Shown in pieces: positions 17,107 to 26,331 of a DNA stretch of 42,822 nucleotides. The notes under the pieces were generated by a model. That model was given only the letters and a program-made list of their open reading frames with translations. It ran no database searches and had not been told where the DNA came from. Position numbers and translations under genes: made by a program. This DNA comes from a virus, in the UHGV virus genome UHGV-1378655. The stretch is one strand, 5' to 3'. Numbering within the stretch: the first letter of the stretch is position 1; each line of letters starts with the position of its first letter.

Positions 17107-20100
17107 TTAAAATAATCCGAAACTTGCGTCTTTTGAGTTGGAATCTTCAATGTAAGATTTAATAGCCGGTATATCTGACTCATTGCGAACAGTCACGTTA
17201 ACGATAGGCTTATTGTTCTCTTGCATACTATGACGTACGTCTTTGCTCATATGAGCATCGAAAGAGTTTCCTAAACCAGCTAATCCTTCTTCTAAAAAGT
17301 CTGGTTTTAAGTCTGCATTGAAGGCATCCATAACTTTTAATGCCGCTAATTTACTTTCTCTTGCAGCTTTTCCTGCATATTCAGAGATACCCATACCTAA
17401 TCCAGTCATACTATCATTACCTAGTTGTATGAACTTACGAGAAGGAGAATGACTATCTAAAGCGCTTTTCGCAGCGTTCAATGCACCTTTTGCAGCGTTC
17501 CATGCAGCTGCTGCTAAATCTTTAGCTTTTTGAACGATACCTCTTATCATTCCAGCTATCATATCAACGCCTACTTGATAGAAATGACCAATAAAACTGC
17601 GTGCTCGATTTAATGCGTTTCTCATGCCATTTCCAACAGCGCCGACCACTCTGAAGAAACCACTAACTACTGCTTGTAAAAATCTACTCATTGCAGAAAT
17701 GATGCTTGAAACCCATTGCGCACCGCCAGAAATCACACGACTAAGTGCTTGCATCATTTTTTGAGCAACAGTTGAAACTACACGTGAAAACCAACTTGCT
17801 ACAGTGTTCCAAATTCTAATAACAGCACCCGAAATCACAGACCAAATTTGGTTCCAACTTGTAATATTAGTACCGAGTATTCTGTTTAAAACGTTGAATA
17901 TGAAGTTAGAAATCTGGTTCCAAATTGATACTAACGTATTCCAAATCGTAGTCATTACATTAGAAATCGTAGTTTGTAAAGTTAGCCAAGCACCAGAAAA
18001 ATCTCCGGTAAGGAGCTGTATTAATGCAGTAAACAAACCGAAAATCAATTGCGTAGCAGCTTGTAGTATTCCACCTATCGCAGTGAATACTACTGAAATC
18101 ACAGTCCAAAGAGATTGGAAAGCAGTTACTAAACCATTGATAAGGCTGATGAATAAGAAGCCGAGAACTTGGTTTGCAACTTGCCCTAACATTTGTAAGA
18201 TAGGGATAATTGGTTGTAATGTTTGTTCGATAGACGCTCTGAACTGATTGAACCAGTTAATCACTGATTTTACAGCGTTCATTATCGTATCTTTAATTGT
18301 GTTCCAAGCTTCAATACAAGTTTTTCTGAAATTCTCATTTGTTTTCCACAACCAAACAATAATACCTATTAAAGCAACGATAACGCCTATGATAGCCAAT
18401 ACAGGCCATGAAATCGCACCTATAGCTACACCTAACGCTTGGAATGCACCACTTAACATAGGTAAGATACGCATAATTGTACTAATAGGGCTCATGAGAA
18501 GTCTAAATGCGATTTTCACTAGGTTTAACGCGCTTCTAAGTATTTGAGTGTTTCTAGCAAAAGCTAACATTTTACCGATAGCTTGGATTAAACCTACACC
18601 GAACACATTAGATAGCATTGTACTTACTGCGATGATTGGTGCTAGTAAAGCCCACAACATACCACCGAGTATCATACCTATACCAACCATTCGAGCTATA
18701 GCTGGGTGTGTTTCAAACAACTTAGCTATGAAACCAGCTAATGCTGTTACTACTTTTAATATCACACTTGCTATTGGCGCCATTGCAGTGCCGAATGCAA
18801 CCAAAACTCTTACGATATTACCGATTAGATCCATAATGACTGGACCATTCTCTTGTACATACTGAACAAACTTTTTAAATCCTTCAGATTTACCAACTTG
18901 TTCAGACCATTCTCTAAACTTAGCAGTCATTTTAACTAGCCAATCAAAGATATTAGAGCTGTTTTGAGCAAATGCTTTCATCAAGTTACCAATACCCATG
19001 AATACATTGCCAAATATTTGACCTATTTTAGGTAAATTAGTTTTAGTGTATTCAATAAAAGATTTAATAGCATTTTGACCTGCTACACTGTTAGCCCAGT
19101 TTTGGAACTTTTTACCTAGATTATCTAATCCTTTAGCAGTCCATAAGAATAGTGGACCTAATTGAGTGAATACATTAATAAGTCCGTCACCAAAGCGTCC
19201 TGCAGCACTTAATAATGTGTTGAATGTCTTAACACCTGTTGTATTCATCATGTTAAAGAATTTGCTAGCAGTTTGACTGTTTTGAGCCCATTTTAAGACA
19301 CTCTGTGACGCTTGTTCCATTCCTTTAGAGATACCTGCTAAGAATGGTTTCATACGCCCTAAAGCTACGTTAACAGTGTCTAAAGCGTTAGATAACGTAT
19401 TGAAGATTTGTGCTTGGTTTTGTCTGATAATACTTCCCCATGTTGATTGAACTTCTTCTAAAGAAGCCTCATAACGTTTAGTTTGTGCTGTTGCTTCTAA
19501 CGTTCCATCACTCAACATCTTAATTGCACTTACTGCCATAGCACCAAATGCAAACGCACCACCTGCAGCGATACCAAATGCACCAGCTACACCTAATGCA
19601 CCACCAGCAACTACACCTAATGCGTTAGCTACTGCCATGATGGCGGGTACTAAACCAGCTATAATAGGAATAAGACCTTGAAAACTAGCGATTAGCACAC
19701 CTTTGATTTGTTGTCCAAACACAGTACCAAATGTACGAATACGAGTAGCTAATCTATCCATTTTGTCGCCGTATTCATCTAAAGACTGACTTAAAGCTCT
19801 AGTTAATACTTGAGCTCTTGTCATTCCCCTTGTATCAAAGTTAACTTTTACCGTTTTATCATGTAAGGTTGCCAACATAGCCTTAGCACCTAATACTGAA
19901 CGTTTTAAGGGATTGTTATTCCCTTTTATGTCTACTTCTTTATCTCTTAATTGCTGTAATTTCTCTTTAACTACTGCAATTGCTCGTTTGATAGGGTTAT
20001 TGTTACCGTCTATTTCAACGGTGTGTCCACGCCAACGTTGAGCCATTGCTTTTGCAGTGTTTAAGGCTCGTTTAAACTTACTGATATTCGCATCGACTTG

Positions 20101-20211
20101 TGTTTCGATTTCATCGGGTATTTCAGTTTTTGCCATACGTTGAGCTTTTCTGATGTTCCGTTGGAAATCTGTAATGATCGCCGATATACGAGCCATAAAG
20201 TTTTTATTCAT
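17107..20211 (-). CDS. tail tape measure protein
   Basis: 1034 aa, alpha-helical and Gly/Ala-rich with transmembrane-like segments. Confidence 0.9.
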   Translation of the reverse strand: MNKNFMARISAIITDFQRNIRKAQRMAKTEIPDEIETQVDANISKFKRALNTAKAMAQRWRGHTVEIDGNNNPIKRAIAVVKEKLQQLRDKEVDIKGNNNPLKRSVLGAKAMLATLHDKTVKVNFDTRGMTRAQVLTRALSQSLDEYGDKMDRLATRIRTFGTVFGQQIKGVLIASFQGLIPIIAGLVPAIMAVANALGVVAGGALGVAGAFGIAAGGAFAFGAMAVSAIKMLSDGTLEATAQTKRYEASLEEVQSTWGSIIRQNQAQIFNTLSNALDTVNVALGRMKPFLAGISKGMEQASQSVLKWAQNSQTASKFFNMMNTTGVKTFNTLLSAAGRFGDGLINVFTQLGPLFLWTAKGLDNLGKKFQNWANSVAGQNAIKSFIEYTKTNLPKIGQIFGNVFMGIGNLMKAFAQNSSNIFDWLVKMTAKFREWSEQVGKSEGFKKFVQYVQENGPVIMDLIGNIVRVLVAFGTAMAPIASVILKVVTALAGFIAKLFETHPAIARMVGIGMILGGMLWALLAPIIAVSTMLSNVFGVGLIQAIGKMLAFARNTQILRSALNLVKIAFRLLMSPISTIMRILPMLSGAFQALGVAIGAISWPVLAIIGVIVALIGIIVWLWKTNENFRKTCIEAWNTIKDTIMNAVKSVINWFNQFRASIEQTLQPIIPILQMLGQVANQVLGFLFISLINGLVTAFQSLWTVISVVFTAIGGILQAATQLIFGLFTALIQLLTGDFSGAWLTLQTTISNVMTTIWNTLVSIWNQISNFIFNVLNRILGTNITSWNQIWSVISGAVIRIWNTVASWFSRVVSTVAQKMMQALSRVISGGAQWVSSIISAMSRFLQAVVSGFFRVVGAVGNGMRNALNRARSFIGHFYQVGVDMIAGMIRGIVQKAKDLAAAAWNAAKGALNAAKSALDSHSPSRKFIQLGNDSMTGLGMGISEYAGKAARESKLAALKVMDAFNADLKPDFLEEGLAGLGNSFDAHMSKDVRHSMQENNKPIVNVTVRNESDIPAIKSYIEDSNSKDASFGLF

Positions 20212-20213
20212 GG

Positions 20214-21073
20214 CTAACCTCCTTTTTGACTAGTATTGCGTAATGAATTCATAAAGCGTCGTGTACCTTGTTTCTGAACATTTCTAATGCGTTTGTTATA
20301 TGCTAACTTACGTTCTTTCATACGTTCGTATTCTTCTGACTGTCCACGTACTTCGTATCTTGCACGCTCTAACTGCTTCTGTAATCGTTTAAGTGATTTA
20401 CCAGCTTGCACAAGACCGTTAGCTTGAGCACCAAACAATAAATTTTCTTGTTCATCAAGTAACGCCAATCTACGACCTACAACCCAGTCTTTCCATTCAT
20501 TAGGCGTCAAACTCATTAATTCATCATAAGGAAGATAGCCTATGTATTGACTGGTTATCTGCCGTATTTCTGAATAATCTAGTAAGGTAGCTCGCCCATG
20601 ATTTCTTTGTAATTGTTCTTCATGAACTCGATACCGTTCTTCGTAGACTCTTTCTCTTCTTCTTTGACCATAGATGGAGCCGAGTTCATTTGTGTCCAGA
20701 ATAGACGTGATTTCTGCTTGAAAAAACCACTATGATTTAAAACTTGCAATGCACCTTGTAACAATTCGATAGAGTCTTGTTTTTCATCGATAATTTCCAT
20801 TAGTGTTTGTTCGATATCTTCACGTTTAGGTGCATTTTTACCTAAATAAGCCGTTGCACATTCCCAAAAGTCTGCAATTGCGATTGGATCACGTTCTAAA
20901 ATACCGTTATAAATAGCATTAAAACCAGATACTTTAGTAGTTTTACCATTTTCATCTTGCTCGTCTTTAGCGAATTTCTTGGCCGCTTTATCAAATAAGA
21001 AAGTAGCTTTTGCTTCTACTTCTTCTCCGTTGATTTCTAATTCAATAATAGGGTTGATTGTATTTTCAGTCAT
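20214..21073 (-). CDS. tail assembly chaperone G-T fusion, produced by a -1 programmed ribosomal frameshift
   Basis: T frame is open from 20723 to 20214 with no start codon of its own; slippery heptamer at 20720-20726. Confidence 0.6.
20579..21073 (-). CDS. tail assembly chaperone (gpG-like)
   Basis: 164 aa, acidic; located between the major tail and tape measure genes. Confidence 0.7.
   Translation of the reverse strand: MTENTINPIIELEINGEEVEAKATFLFDKAAKKFAKDEQDENGKTTKVSGFNAIYNGILERDPIAIADFWECATAYLGKNAPKREDIEQTLMEIIDEKQDSIELLQGALQVLNHSGFFKQKSRLFWTQMNSAPSMVKEEEKESTKNGIEFMKNNYKEIMGELPY
20720..20726 (-). promoter_or_regulatory. -1 frameshift slippery site U UUU UUC
   Basis: in the G frame at codons 116-118 (G-F-F); the shift gives ...FFQAEITSILDT... 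continuing into the 20214-20516 ORF. Confidence 0.6.
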
Positions 21074-21132
21074 TCTTTAACCTCTTTCTGTTATTTTTAC
21101 AAAAAAATAGAGGGCTTAATGCCCTCGTAAAG

Positions 21133-21672
21133 TTATGCACCAGCACTAGGTGTACGATTTTCATATGAGTCTGTATAAGCTCCCATATCTTCCCATTCAA
21201 CTGTAGGAGCAGCAGCACTAGGGTTGAGCCATTCTGGTGGTAATGAATCAACAGAACCGTCAGCACTGTTAAATTTAACTTTTGCAGTGATTTCGATTTT
21301 GTCATCCTCATCATCAAATGACCATTCGTGCTCTTCTACAATTACATAAGCGAAAGTACCGTGATGTTTACCGTCACGTTTCTTAACTTCCCAAATCCAT
21401 AAACGTAGCTGCTTGAAGTTTTTAACTGACTCTTTTAAAGCTTCTTGACCTTTGTCGCCAGGTACACGGTCAACAGTTAACTTGATTTCTTCTTCTACAG
21501 AGTTACGACCATAGTCTTTTTTGCCACCTGTAATCATTTCAGCTAAATCATTACTGATTGTGTGTCCACCCTCAGCTAAACTAGCTAACAGAATAGCATC
21601 TTCTTCTTTTAACTGACTTGCTAAATCTTTGTCAGCGATTTGTAACGCTGCAATATATTTATTCTGCGCCAT
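21133..21672 (-). CDS. major tail protein
   Basis: 179 aa, position upstream of the chaperone. Confidence 0.65.
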   Translation of the reverse strand: MAQNKYIAALQIADKDLASQLKEEDAILLASLAEGGHTISNDLAEMITGGKKDYGRNSVEEEIKLTVDRVPGDKGQEALKESVKNFKQLRLWIWEVKKRDGKHHGTFAYVIVEEHEWSFDDEDDKIEITAKVKFNSADGSVDSLPPEWLNPSAAAPTVEWEDMGAYTDSYENRTPSAGA

Positions 21673-22096
21673 TCGTTACACTCCTTTGTAAAGTATTGTG
21701 TCTGTATTTAAAAATAAGCCGAATGATACCGTGCTTCGTGTACTGATCAATGTCAGTTATCACTTCTTGTGTATCAATTCGACTTTTTATAAATGAATAG
21801 TTATTTATTTCTATTTCAGAGTTAAGTACAAAACCTAAGTATTGGATGATTTGTGCTGCTTCATCACGATTTCTCGCTTGACTATACACATGTAGGGTTA
21901 CACCTACATCTTCAAACATACTCGTTGTCGTTTCTTTATTAGTGACGTTTGTTTCACCCACAACGATATATGGGTAAACAGCGTCTTTTTGAACGCAATC
22001 AAAAACCCTACCGCCTAATTGTTTACTGACGATAGGGTTGCTTTTTAATTTGTTATATATCTTGTTAAACAGATACCGTTCTACTGATACCCACAT
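21659..22096 (-). CDS. tail completion / tail terminator protein
   Basis: 145 aa; RBS AAGGTGG. Confidence 0.55.
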   Translation of the reverse strand: MWVSVERYLFNKIYNKLKSNPIVSKQLGGRVFDCVQKDAVYPYIVVGETNVTNKETTTSMFEDVGVTLHVYSQARNRDEAAQIIQYLGFVLNSEIEINNYSFIKSRIDTQEVITDIDQYTKHGIIRLIFKYRHNTLQRSVTNGAE

Positions 22097-22108
22097 ATCT
22101 TAACCACC

Positions 22109-23524
22109 TTATGAAAAATACTTATTGAAAAATGCTCTACCTTCGTCAATTGCTGGTTCCCAAAAAGGTTGCGCAGGACTACCGTATGTTGTATGCCATT
22201 CGCCATCATCATCTTTGTAGGACCAAGGTATTTTTTTAGCACGACTGCCACCTGGACCTGTTGCATATCATTTGTTATCGTAAAGGCTTTTTATCCTCTA
22301 CTTCTTACAGTCACCTGTAAGTTCGGCGTACATTTTCAACCAATAAAAAAGACAACCTTTATTGGTTGTCGGACACTCTTGCCAGTATTATATTTATTCA
22401 ACTGGTACGCTCTACGGTACTTAATAACCTTTCGTAATCTATTAAGTTACCTCGGTGTTATCTTTTGTAAAATTGACGTTTCCCTAAAGGTCTTACAACT
22501 GCATAACCTTCATCGCCACGCGAAATTCTAGCGTATATCGTTTTGATTGGTATTTTATATATTTTTTCTAATTCACTAGGAGAATACTTTACACCGTCTA
22601 AATGTACCCATCTATTACTAGTTCTGTTTCTAGCTTGTTCTTTCATAGATATCCATGTGCAATTTGACGGTTCATAATTTCCGTTAATATCAATTCTTTC
22701 AATAGTTAAATTATCCTTATATCCATTATTGTATGCCCACTTATAAAAGTTGCTATAATCATTTTTCCATTCATCACATATAGTAATTCCTCGAGCGCCA
22801 TAATTTTTATATCTGTCAGAATTAGGGCTATAACATCTTTTTTTCATATTTTCCCAAATGTAATAAAGTCTAGAATCTGTATCACCATGAGTTTTTTTAG
22901 CTTTGCTCATAGCTATTTTTTGTAAACATCCACAACTTTTTGAGTAACCTGAAGTTATAGATTTAGAAGATTTTATCGCAGTATTGCCACATTCACATCT
23001 TACTAACCAATACAGATATCTATCCCCTTTAGGTGGTTTATGAATTCTTACTGGTTCAATAACTGTTAACATATTGAATTTTTTACCTGTTAAATCTTTA
23101 AAATTACCTTCGAAAACTTCGCCTTTAGAATTGGTAAGCATAACATCACTCCTTATAGATATTATACTAAACCTTCGGCTAATATACCAGTCAAAAATCT
23201 ACACTAAAGACTTTCACCGATTTTGCCCGATTTTTAACTTACCATTACTGGTAAGTGGGACATATGCTCTATCCCTGTGCCGTACTCAATGTATATAGCG
23301 TAATCTGCGCCTACACTCACCACACCTGTAAGTCCGTCATTCTTGAAAATGAAGTCTATAGACTCTTTTAAATAACCCATATCAACAGGAGCGTTCGCTA
23401 CTGCCATGTTATATATCTTCGTCGTTGTCTTGGCTATTCCTCTTTTAGCCCATCTAATCGTTTCTTTTTCAAACTCCTCAAGCTCCTTAACTAAATCCCA
23501 ATTTCCGTATTTAACCTTAGCCAA
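22109..23524 (-). CDS. HK97 gp10-family head-tail joining protein, split into two exons (23524-23271 and 22268-22109) by a 1002-nt group I-like intron
   Basis: exon 1 ...YAIYIEYGTG; exon 2 (frame with no start codon) YATGPGGSRAKKIPWSYKDDDGEWHTTYGSPAQPFWEPAIDEGRAFFNKYFS carries the gp10-family PF(L/W)xPA end; spliced product is 137 aa. Confidence 0.65.
22340..22370 (-). terminator. terminator-like hairpin downstream of the HNH ORF (may be an intron structural stem)
   Basis: GACAACC-AATAAA-GGTTGTC followed by TTTTTTATT on the minus strand; an alternative overlapping stem CAACCAATAAA/TTTATTGGTTG also exists. Confidence 0.4.
22458..23141 (-). CDS. HNH-family (HNH_3-like) homing endonuclease encoded within the intron
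   Basis: own RBS AAGGAG; Cys-rich zinc motif CECGN...CGC; YKNYGARGITICDEW and IDINGNYEPSNCTWIS motifs. Confidence 0.6.
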   Translation of the reverse strand: MLTNSKGEVFEGNFKDLTGKKFNMLTVIEPVRIHKPPKGDRYLYWLVRCECGNTAIKSSKSITSGYSKSCGCLQKIAMSKAKKTHGDTDSRLYYIWENMKKRCYSPNSDRYKNYGARGITICDEWKNDYSNFYKWAYNNGYKDNLTIERIDINGNYEPSNCTWISMKEQARNRTSNRWVHLDGVKYSPSELEKIYKIPIKTIYARISRGDEGYAVVRPLGKRQFYKR

Positions 23525-23846
23525 TAGGACATTCTCTCAATCTTGTTAAGTTGATTTCTTGTTGCCCGCCTTGGTCGACAGGTTCTCCTACTACTTCGTA
23601 AGTTTTACCGTTGTATTTAAATAAGTTTGTGTTAGTTATTGGCAGGCTGTACGGCGTATATAGGTTTCTGTCGTATGATTGGTTCATTTGATGAAACTTG
23701 AGTTGTTCAGATGAAGTAGGCGTATCCATAAATCCTTGTATTGTTTTTTCGCTCTTAAAGCGCTCTTGTTCACGTGGATACTCTCCTACAACCTCTCTTG
23801 AGCCTAATTCGATTGTATGAGGAAACTCATTTAATGGATTAAACAT
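23517..23846 (-). CDS. head-tail adaptor / head closure protein
   Basis: 109 aa, position in the head-tail joining block. Confidence 0.5.
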   Translation of the reverse strand: MFNPLNEFPHTIELGSREVVGEYPREQERFKSEKTIQGFMDTPTSSEQLKFHQMNQSYDRNLYTPYSLPITNTNLFKYNGKTYEVVGEPVDQGGQQEINLTRLRECPIG

Positions 23847-24153
23847 GATAACCAGTCCAACGTAAGCGTCTAAATGGTTTAAGGTAACCGTATGTTTCCT
23901 TAGGTAGATCAGTAACGAAAGTGTAGCTCACAGTACCCATAGTACGCGAAGAAATATTGCTAGTCGTACCTTGTTTAATACAATTAGCGATGAATTTCTC
24001 TACATTACTAGGTAATGACTGCCTATTGAATGTTTGATTACAATATTCTTCAGCTACATTCAGATACTTTTCGATAAGTAATTCGATTGTTTCGTCATTT
24101 GAAGTATCATCGAGTGAGAGATTGTTTAATAATTTAACGTCTTGTGCGTTCAT
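23839..24153 (-). CDS. gp6-like head-tail connector protein
   Basis: 104 aa, position after the capsid gene block. Confidence 0.5.
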   Translation of the reverse strand: MNAQDVKLLNNLSLDDTSNDETIELLIEKYLNVAEEYCNQTFNRQSLPSNVEKFIANCIKQGTTSNISSRTMGTVSYTFVTDLPKETYGYLKPFRRLRWTGYHV

Positions 24154-24443
24154 TACTCAACACTTCCTAATGCTTCAATGAGTTCATCTTTTTTCATACT
24201 AGAAAAGCCCTCTATTTCACGTTCTTTAGCGAGTTCTCTTAATTCTGATACTTTCATACCTTTTAAGTCTTTGTCGCTCTCTACACGCTCAATAAGGGGC
24301 TTGTTTTGACGGTTCTCTTTTGTGGATAGTTCAGTTAATCGTTCATTACTTACATTTAAACCTTTACGAGGGAACGTATCTCCAACGTTATATTCGTAGT
24401 TGTTATCTTGTAAGTCTGTGAAGTATTCGATTACTTTATACAT
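24153..24443 (-). CDS. Rho-N-domain-containing small protein
   Basis: SELRELAKEREIEGFSSMKKDELIEAL motif. Confidence 0.5.
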   Translation of the reverse strand: MYKVIEYFTDLQDNNYEYNVGDTFPRKGLNVSNERLTELSTKENRQNKPLIERVESDKDLKGMKVSELRELAKEREIEGFSSMKKDELIEALGSVE

Positions 24444-24459
24444 ACGTCACTACCTCCTT

Positions 24460-25290
24460 TTATGCGCCTGAGTCTGTAGTTCCTGCGCCTTTAGTAACCT
24501 TAACTGCTTTAGATTCATCATATAAGTATGCTACATAATGTTTATCACTGTATAAAGCAGTTGTTTTAGTTGAAGGATCACGGTCAGTTTCTAAGAAGAA
24601 ATCACGTTTAGTGATTAATTTAACTGCACCACGTTTAGCTAAAATAGCTTCGCCCTCATCTAATTTCTTAGAACGTACAATGATAGCACCTAACGCTTCG
24701 CCAAATGCACCTTTAACGATAATGTTATCGCCTAATTCAGTAGCGCGAGTGAAGTTATCTGAAGCGCTAGAACGTAATTTACCAGCGTCTTTAGGATTAA
24801 TGAATAATACCATTGGTTCTAAATCTTCATCGTCAAATGTATCAATAGCAGCTTCTAAGCCTGCTAATGTGCCGATGTCTGCACTTACAGTCAATTTAGT
24901 ACCTCGTAAAGCTTCTAATACGTCATTGTCTACTTTGTTAGCAATAGCTAATCCATGTTGACGTACTGCTTCTCCTTGAGGATCACCATAACCAGACAAT
25001 AAAGCTTCATCAGTAATATCAGTACCTTTACCGATTTTATGAATTTTAGCTTCACGTCTGTTAGTTTCGATTTTGTCTACAGGAATTTTTTGCCCTTCAG
25101 GTACTACTGTAGCGTCACCACTGTAAACAAATGCAGGGAAAGTTAAAGTGTCTCCTGGTTGTCCTACTAATGTACTGTCGATGTCCGCAAATTGCGCAAA
25201 TCTTAATTTCTTATCTAATTCTGCTTGCATCATAGGTGCTAATACTTCTGGAACGATTTGTGTACTTTTAGTTGTTGTTCCTTGTGCCAT
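24460..25290 (-). CDS. major capsid protein
   Basis: 276 aa following the scaffold gene. Confidence 0.7.
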   Translation of the reverse strand: MAQGTTTKSTQIVPEVLAPMMQAELDKKLRFAQFADIDSTLVGQPGDTLTFPAFVYSGDATVVPEGQKIPVDKIETNRREAKIHKIGKGTDITDEALLSGYGDPQGEAVRQHGLAIANKVDNDVLEALRGTKLTVSADIGTLAGLEAAIDTFDDEDLEPMVLFINPKDAGKLRSSASDNFTRATELGDNIIVKGAFGEALGAIIVRSKKLDEGEAILAKRGAVKLITKRDFFLETDRDPSTKTTALYSDKHYVAYLYDESKAVKVTKGAGTTDSGA

Positions 25291-25306
25291 GTTTTATACC
25301 TCTTTT

Positions 25307-25903
25307 CTAATTGTTTATTAGAGCGTCATAAGTTTTTCTATCATTAACGAATAGATTAGTTCTCTCTGCGACACTCATATTGTTAAATTCTTCTTGTGTA
25401 ATCCCACCATTTACGTTTTTACCGTCGTCTGGTGTGCGTCCACTTGGTTTACTTTCAGCAAATAAATAAGGCTTAGACTCTTTTAACGATTCAATCGCTT
25501 TATCTAAACCTTTAACATTGCCGTCGTCTTGTAGTTCTAACTCATCTTTGTTGATGAAAGCTAGAATGTCGTCGGCGTCGTTTGCGTCTTTAGCAACCGC
25601 CAACTTAACAGCGTTATTAAGTTTTAACTCCTTCATATCAGCTTTATATTGGGCATTTTCTTTTTCATAGTTTGCTAACTTATCTTTAAGTTCTTGATTA
25701 TCCCCATCTTTAGCCTTTTGAAGGTCAGTGATTTGTTTGTCACGATTATCCAGTTCTTTGTTTGCTTTATCAAGTTGCTCTTGCAATGATTCTGTCTTCT
25801 CAGCTTTATTTTTAAAATCACGCAAAGTGTCATGATGTTCATCTACAATCTTTTGAACTGTTTCCTCTTCTAAACCTAAACCACGTAAAAATTCTCGTTT
25901 CAT
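25307..25903 (-). CDS. capsid scaffolding protein
   Basis: 198 aa, acidic and coiled-coil rich. Confidence 0.7.
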   Translation of the reverse strand: MKREFLRGLGLEEETVQKIVDEHHDTLRDFKNKAEKTESLQEQLDKANKELDNRDKQITDLQKAKDGDNQELKDKLANYEKENAQYKADMKELKLNNAVKLAVAKDANDADDILAFINKDELELQDDGNVKGLDKAIESLKESKPYLFAESKPSGRTPDDGKNVNGGITQEEFNNMSVAERTNLFVNDRKTYDALINN

Positions 25904-26017
25904 TTGTATTACTCCTCACATTTTTTATTACGGTGGTCTTTTCCACCATGAGTTTGCACCTTTTAACGCCTTGAGCATGATTTGGGCATCAAAATTGCTA
26001 ACACATTTAAGTGTTAG

Positions 26018-26224
26018 CTAGAATAAGTTAAAGTTTGCATTTTCAGCATTACTTTTATTAATGTAATTTTTAATTTGTTCTGTGTTAGCTTCGTTGCTTA
26101 TTCCTTCCTTTACAACTGATCTATCGTTCTTTAATCGGTTAATTTCTTCATATAGTTGTTTGATACGCTCTAATTTCTCAATTGCTTCATCAGCGTCAAT
26201 ATTAACCTTTACGTTAAACTCCAT
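26018..26224 (-). CDS. hypothetical small protein
   Basis: 68-aa ORF followed by the hairpin GCTAACAC-TTAAAT-GTGTTAGC. Confidence 0.4.
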   Translation of the reverse strand: MEFNVKVNIDADEAIEKLERIKQLYEEINRLKNDRSVVKEGISNEANTEQIKNYINKSNAENANFNLF

Positions 26225-26331
26225 CTAAACACCTTCTTTGTACTTTCTTCTTTCTTCACTACCGTCTGAGTGAATAACAAGAATGTAATCTTTTAAGAAA
26301 TATAACTTAATTAAATTATCTTCGCTCATAA

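Larger units (their letters stand above)
22269..23270 (-). ncRNA. group I-like intron carrying an HNH homing-endonuclease ORF
   Basis: 5' splice site after U (exon GGGAU); guide sequence CAUAU|GUCCC pairs with the 5' exon (P1, G.U wobble) and with the 3' exon AUAUG (P10); intron ends in G; an in-frame UGA is removed by splicing; P2-like hairpin ACUUACC-AGUAAU-GGUAAGU. Confidence 0.6.

Noticed and set aside
17804-18865. Three + strand ORFs (147, 99 and 105 aa) inside the tape measure gene, plus others such as 2261-2464, 4688-4966, 21066-21317 and 5097-5321
   Set aside because: These are antisense or out-of-frame ORFs embedded in well-supported long genes. They are compositionally odd (Cys/Phe/Ile-rich) and have no RBS, so they are spurious.
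20214-20516. 100-aa ORF as an independent gene after the tail chaperone
   Set aside because: It has no RBS, and its frame is open far upstream into the chaperone gene. It is better explained as the T part of a -1 frameshift G-T fusion.
22340-22370. Hairpin plus T-run read as a stand-alone terminator between structural genes
   Set aside because: It lies inside the proposed intron. It may instead be an intron stem or a terminator for the homing-endonuclease ORF, so it is not taken as evidence against a continuous late transcript.
22081-22531. Track ORFs 22081-22266 (-) and 22169-22531 (+) in the gap next to the HNH gene
   Set aside because: They lie within or across the 3' part of the proposed intron and exon 2. 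Their sequences are low-complexity with no RBS. The protein-like frame here is the start-less exon-2 frame instead.
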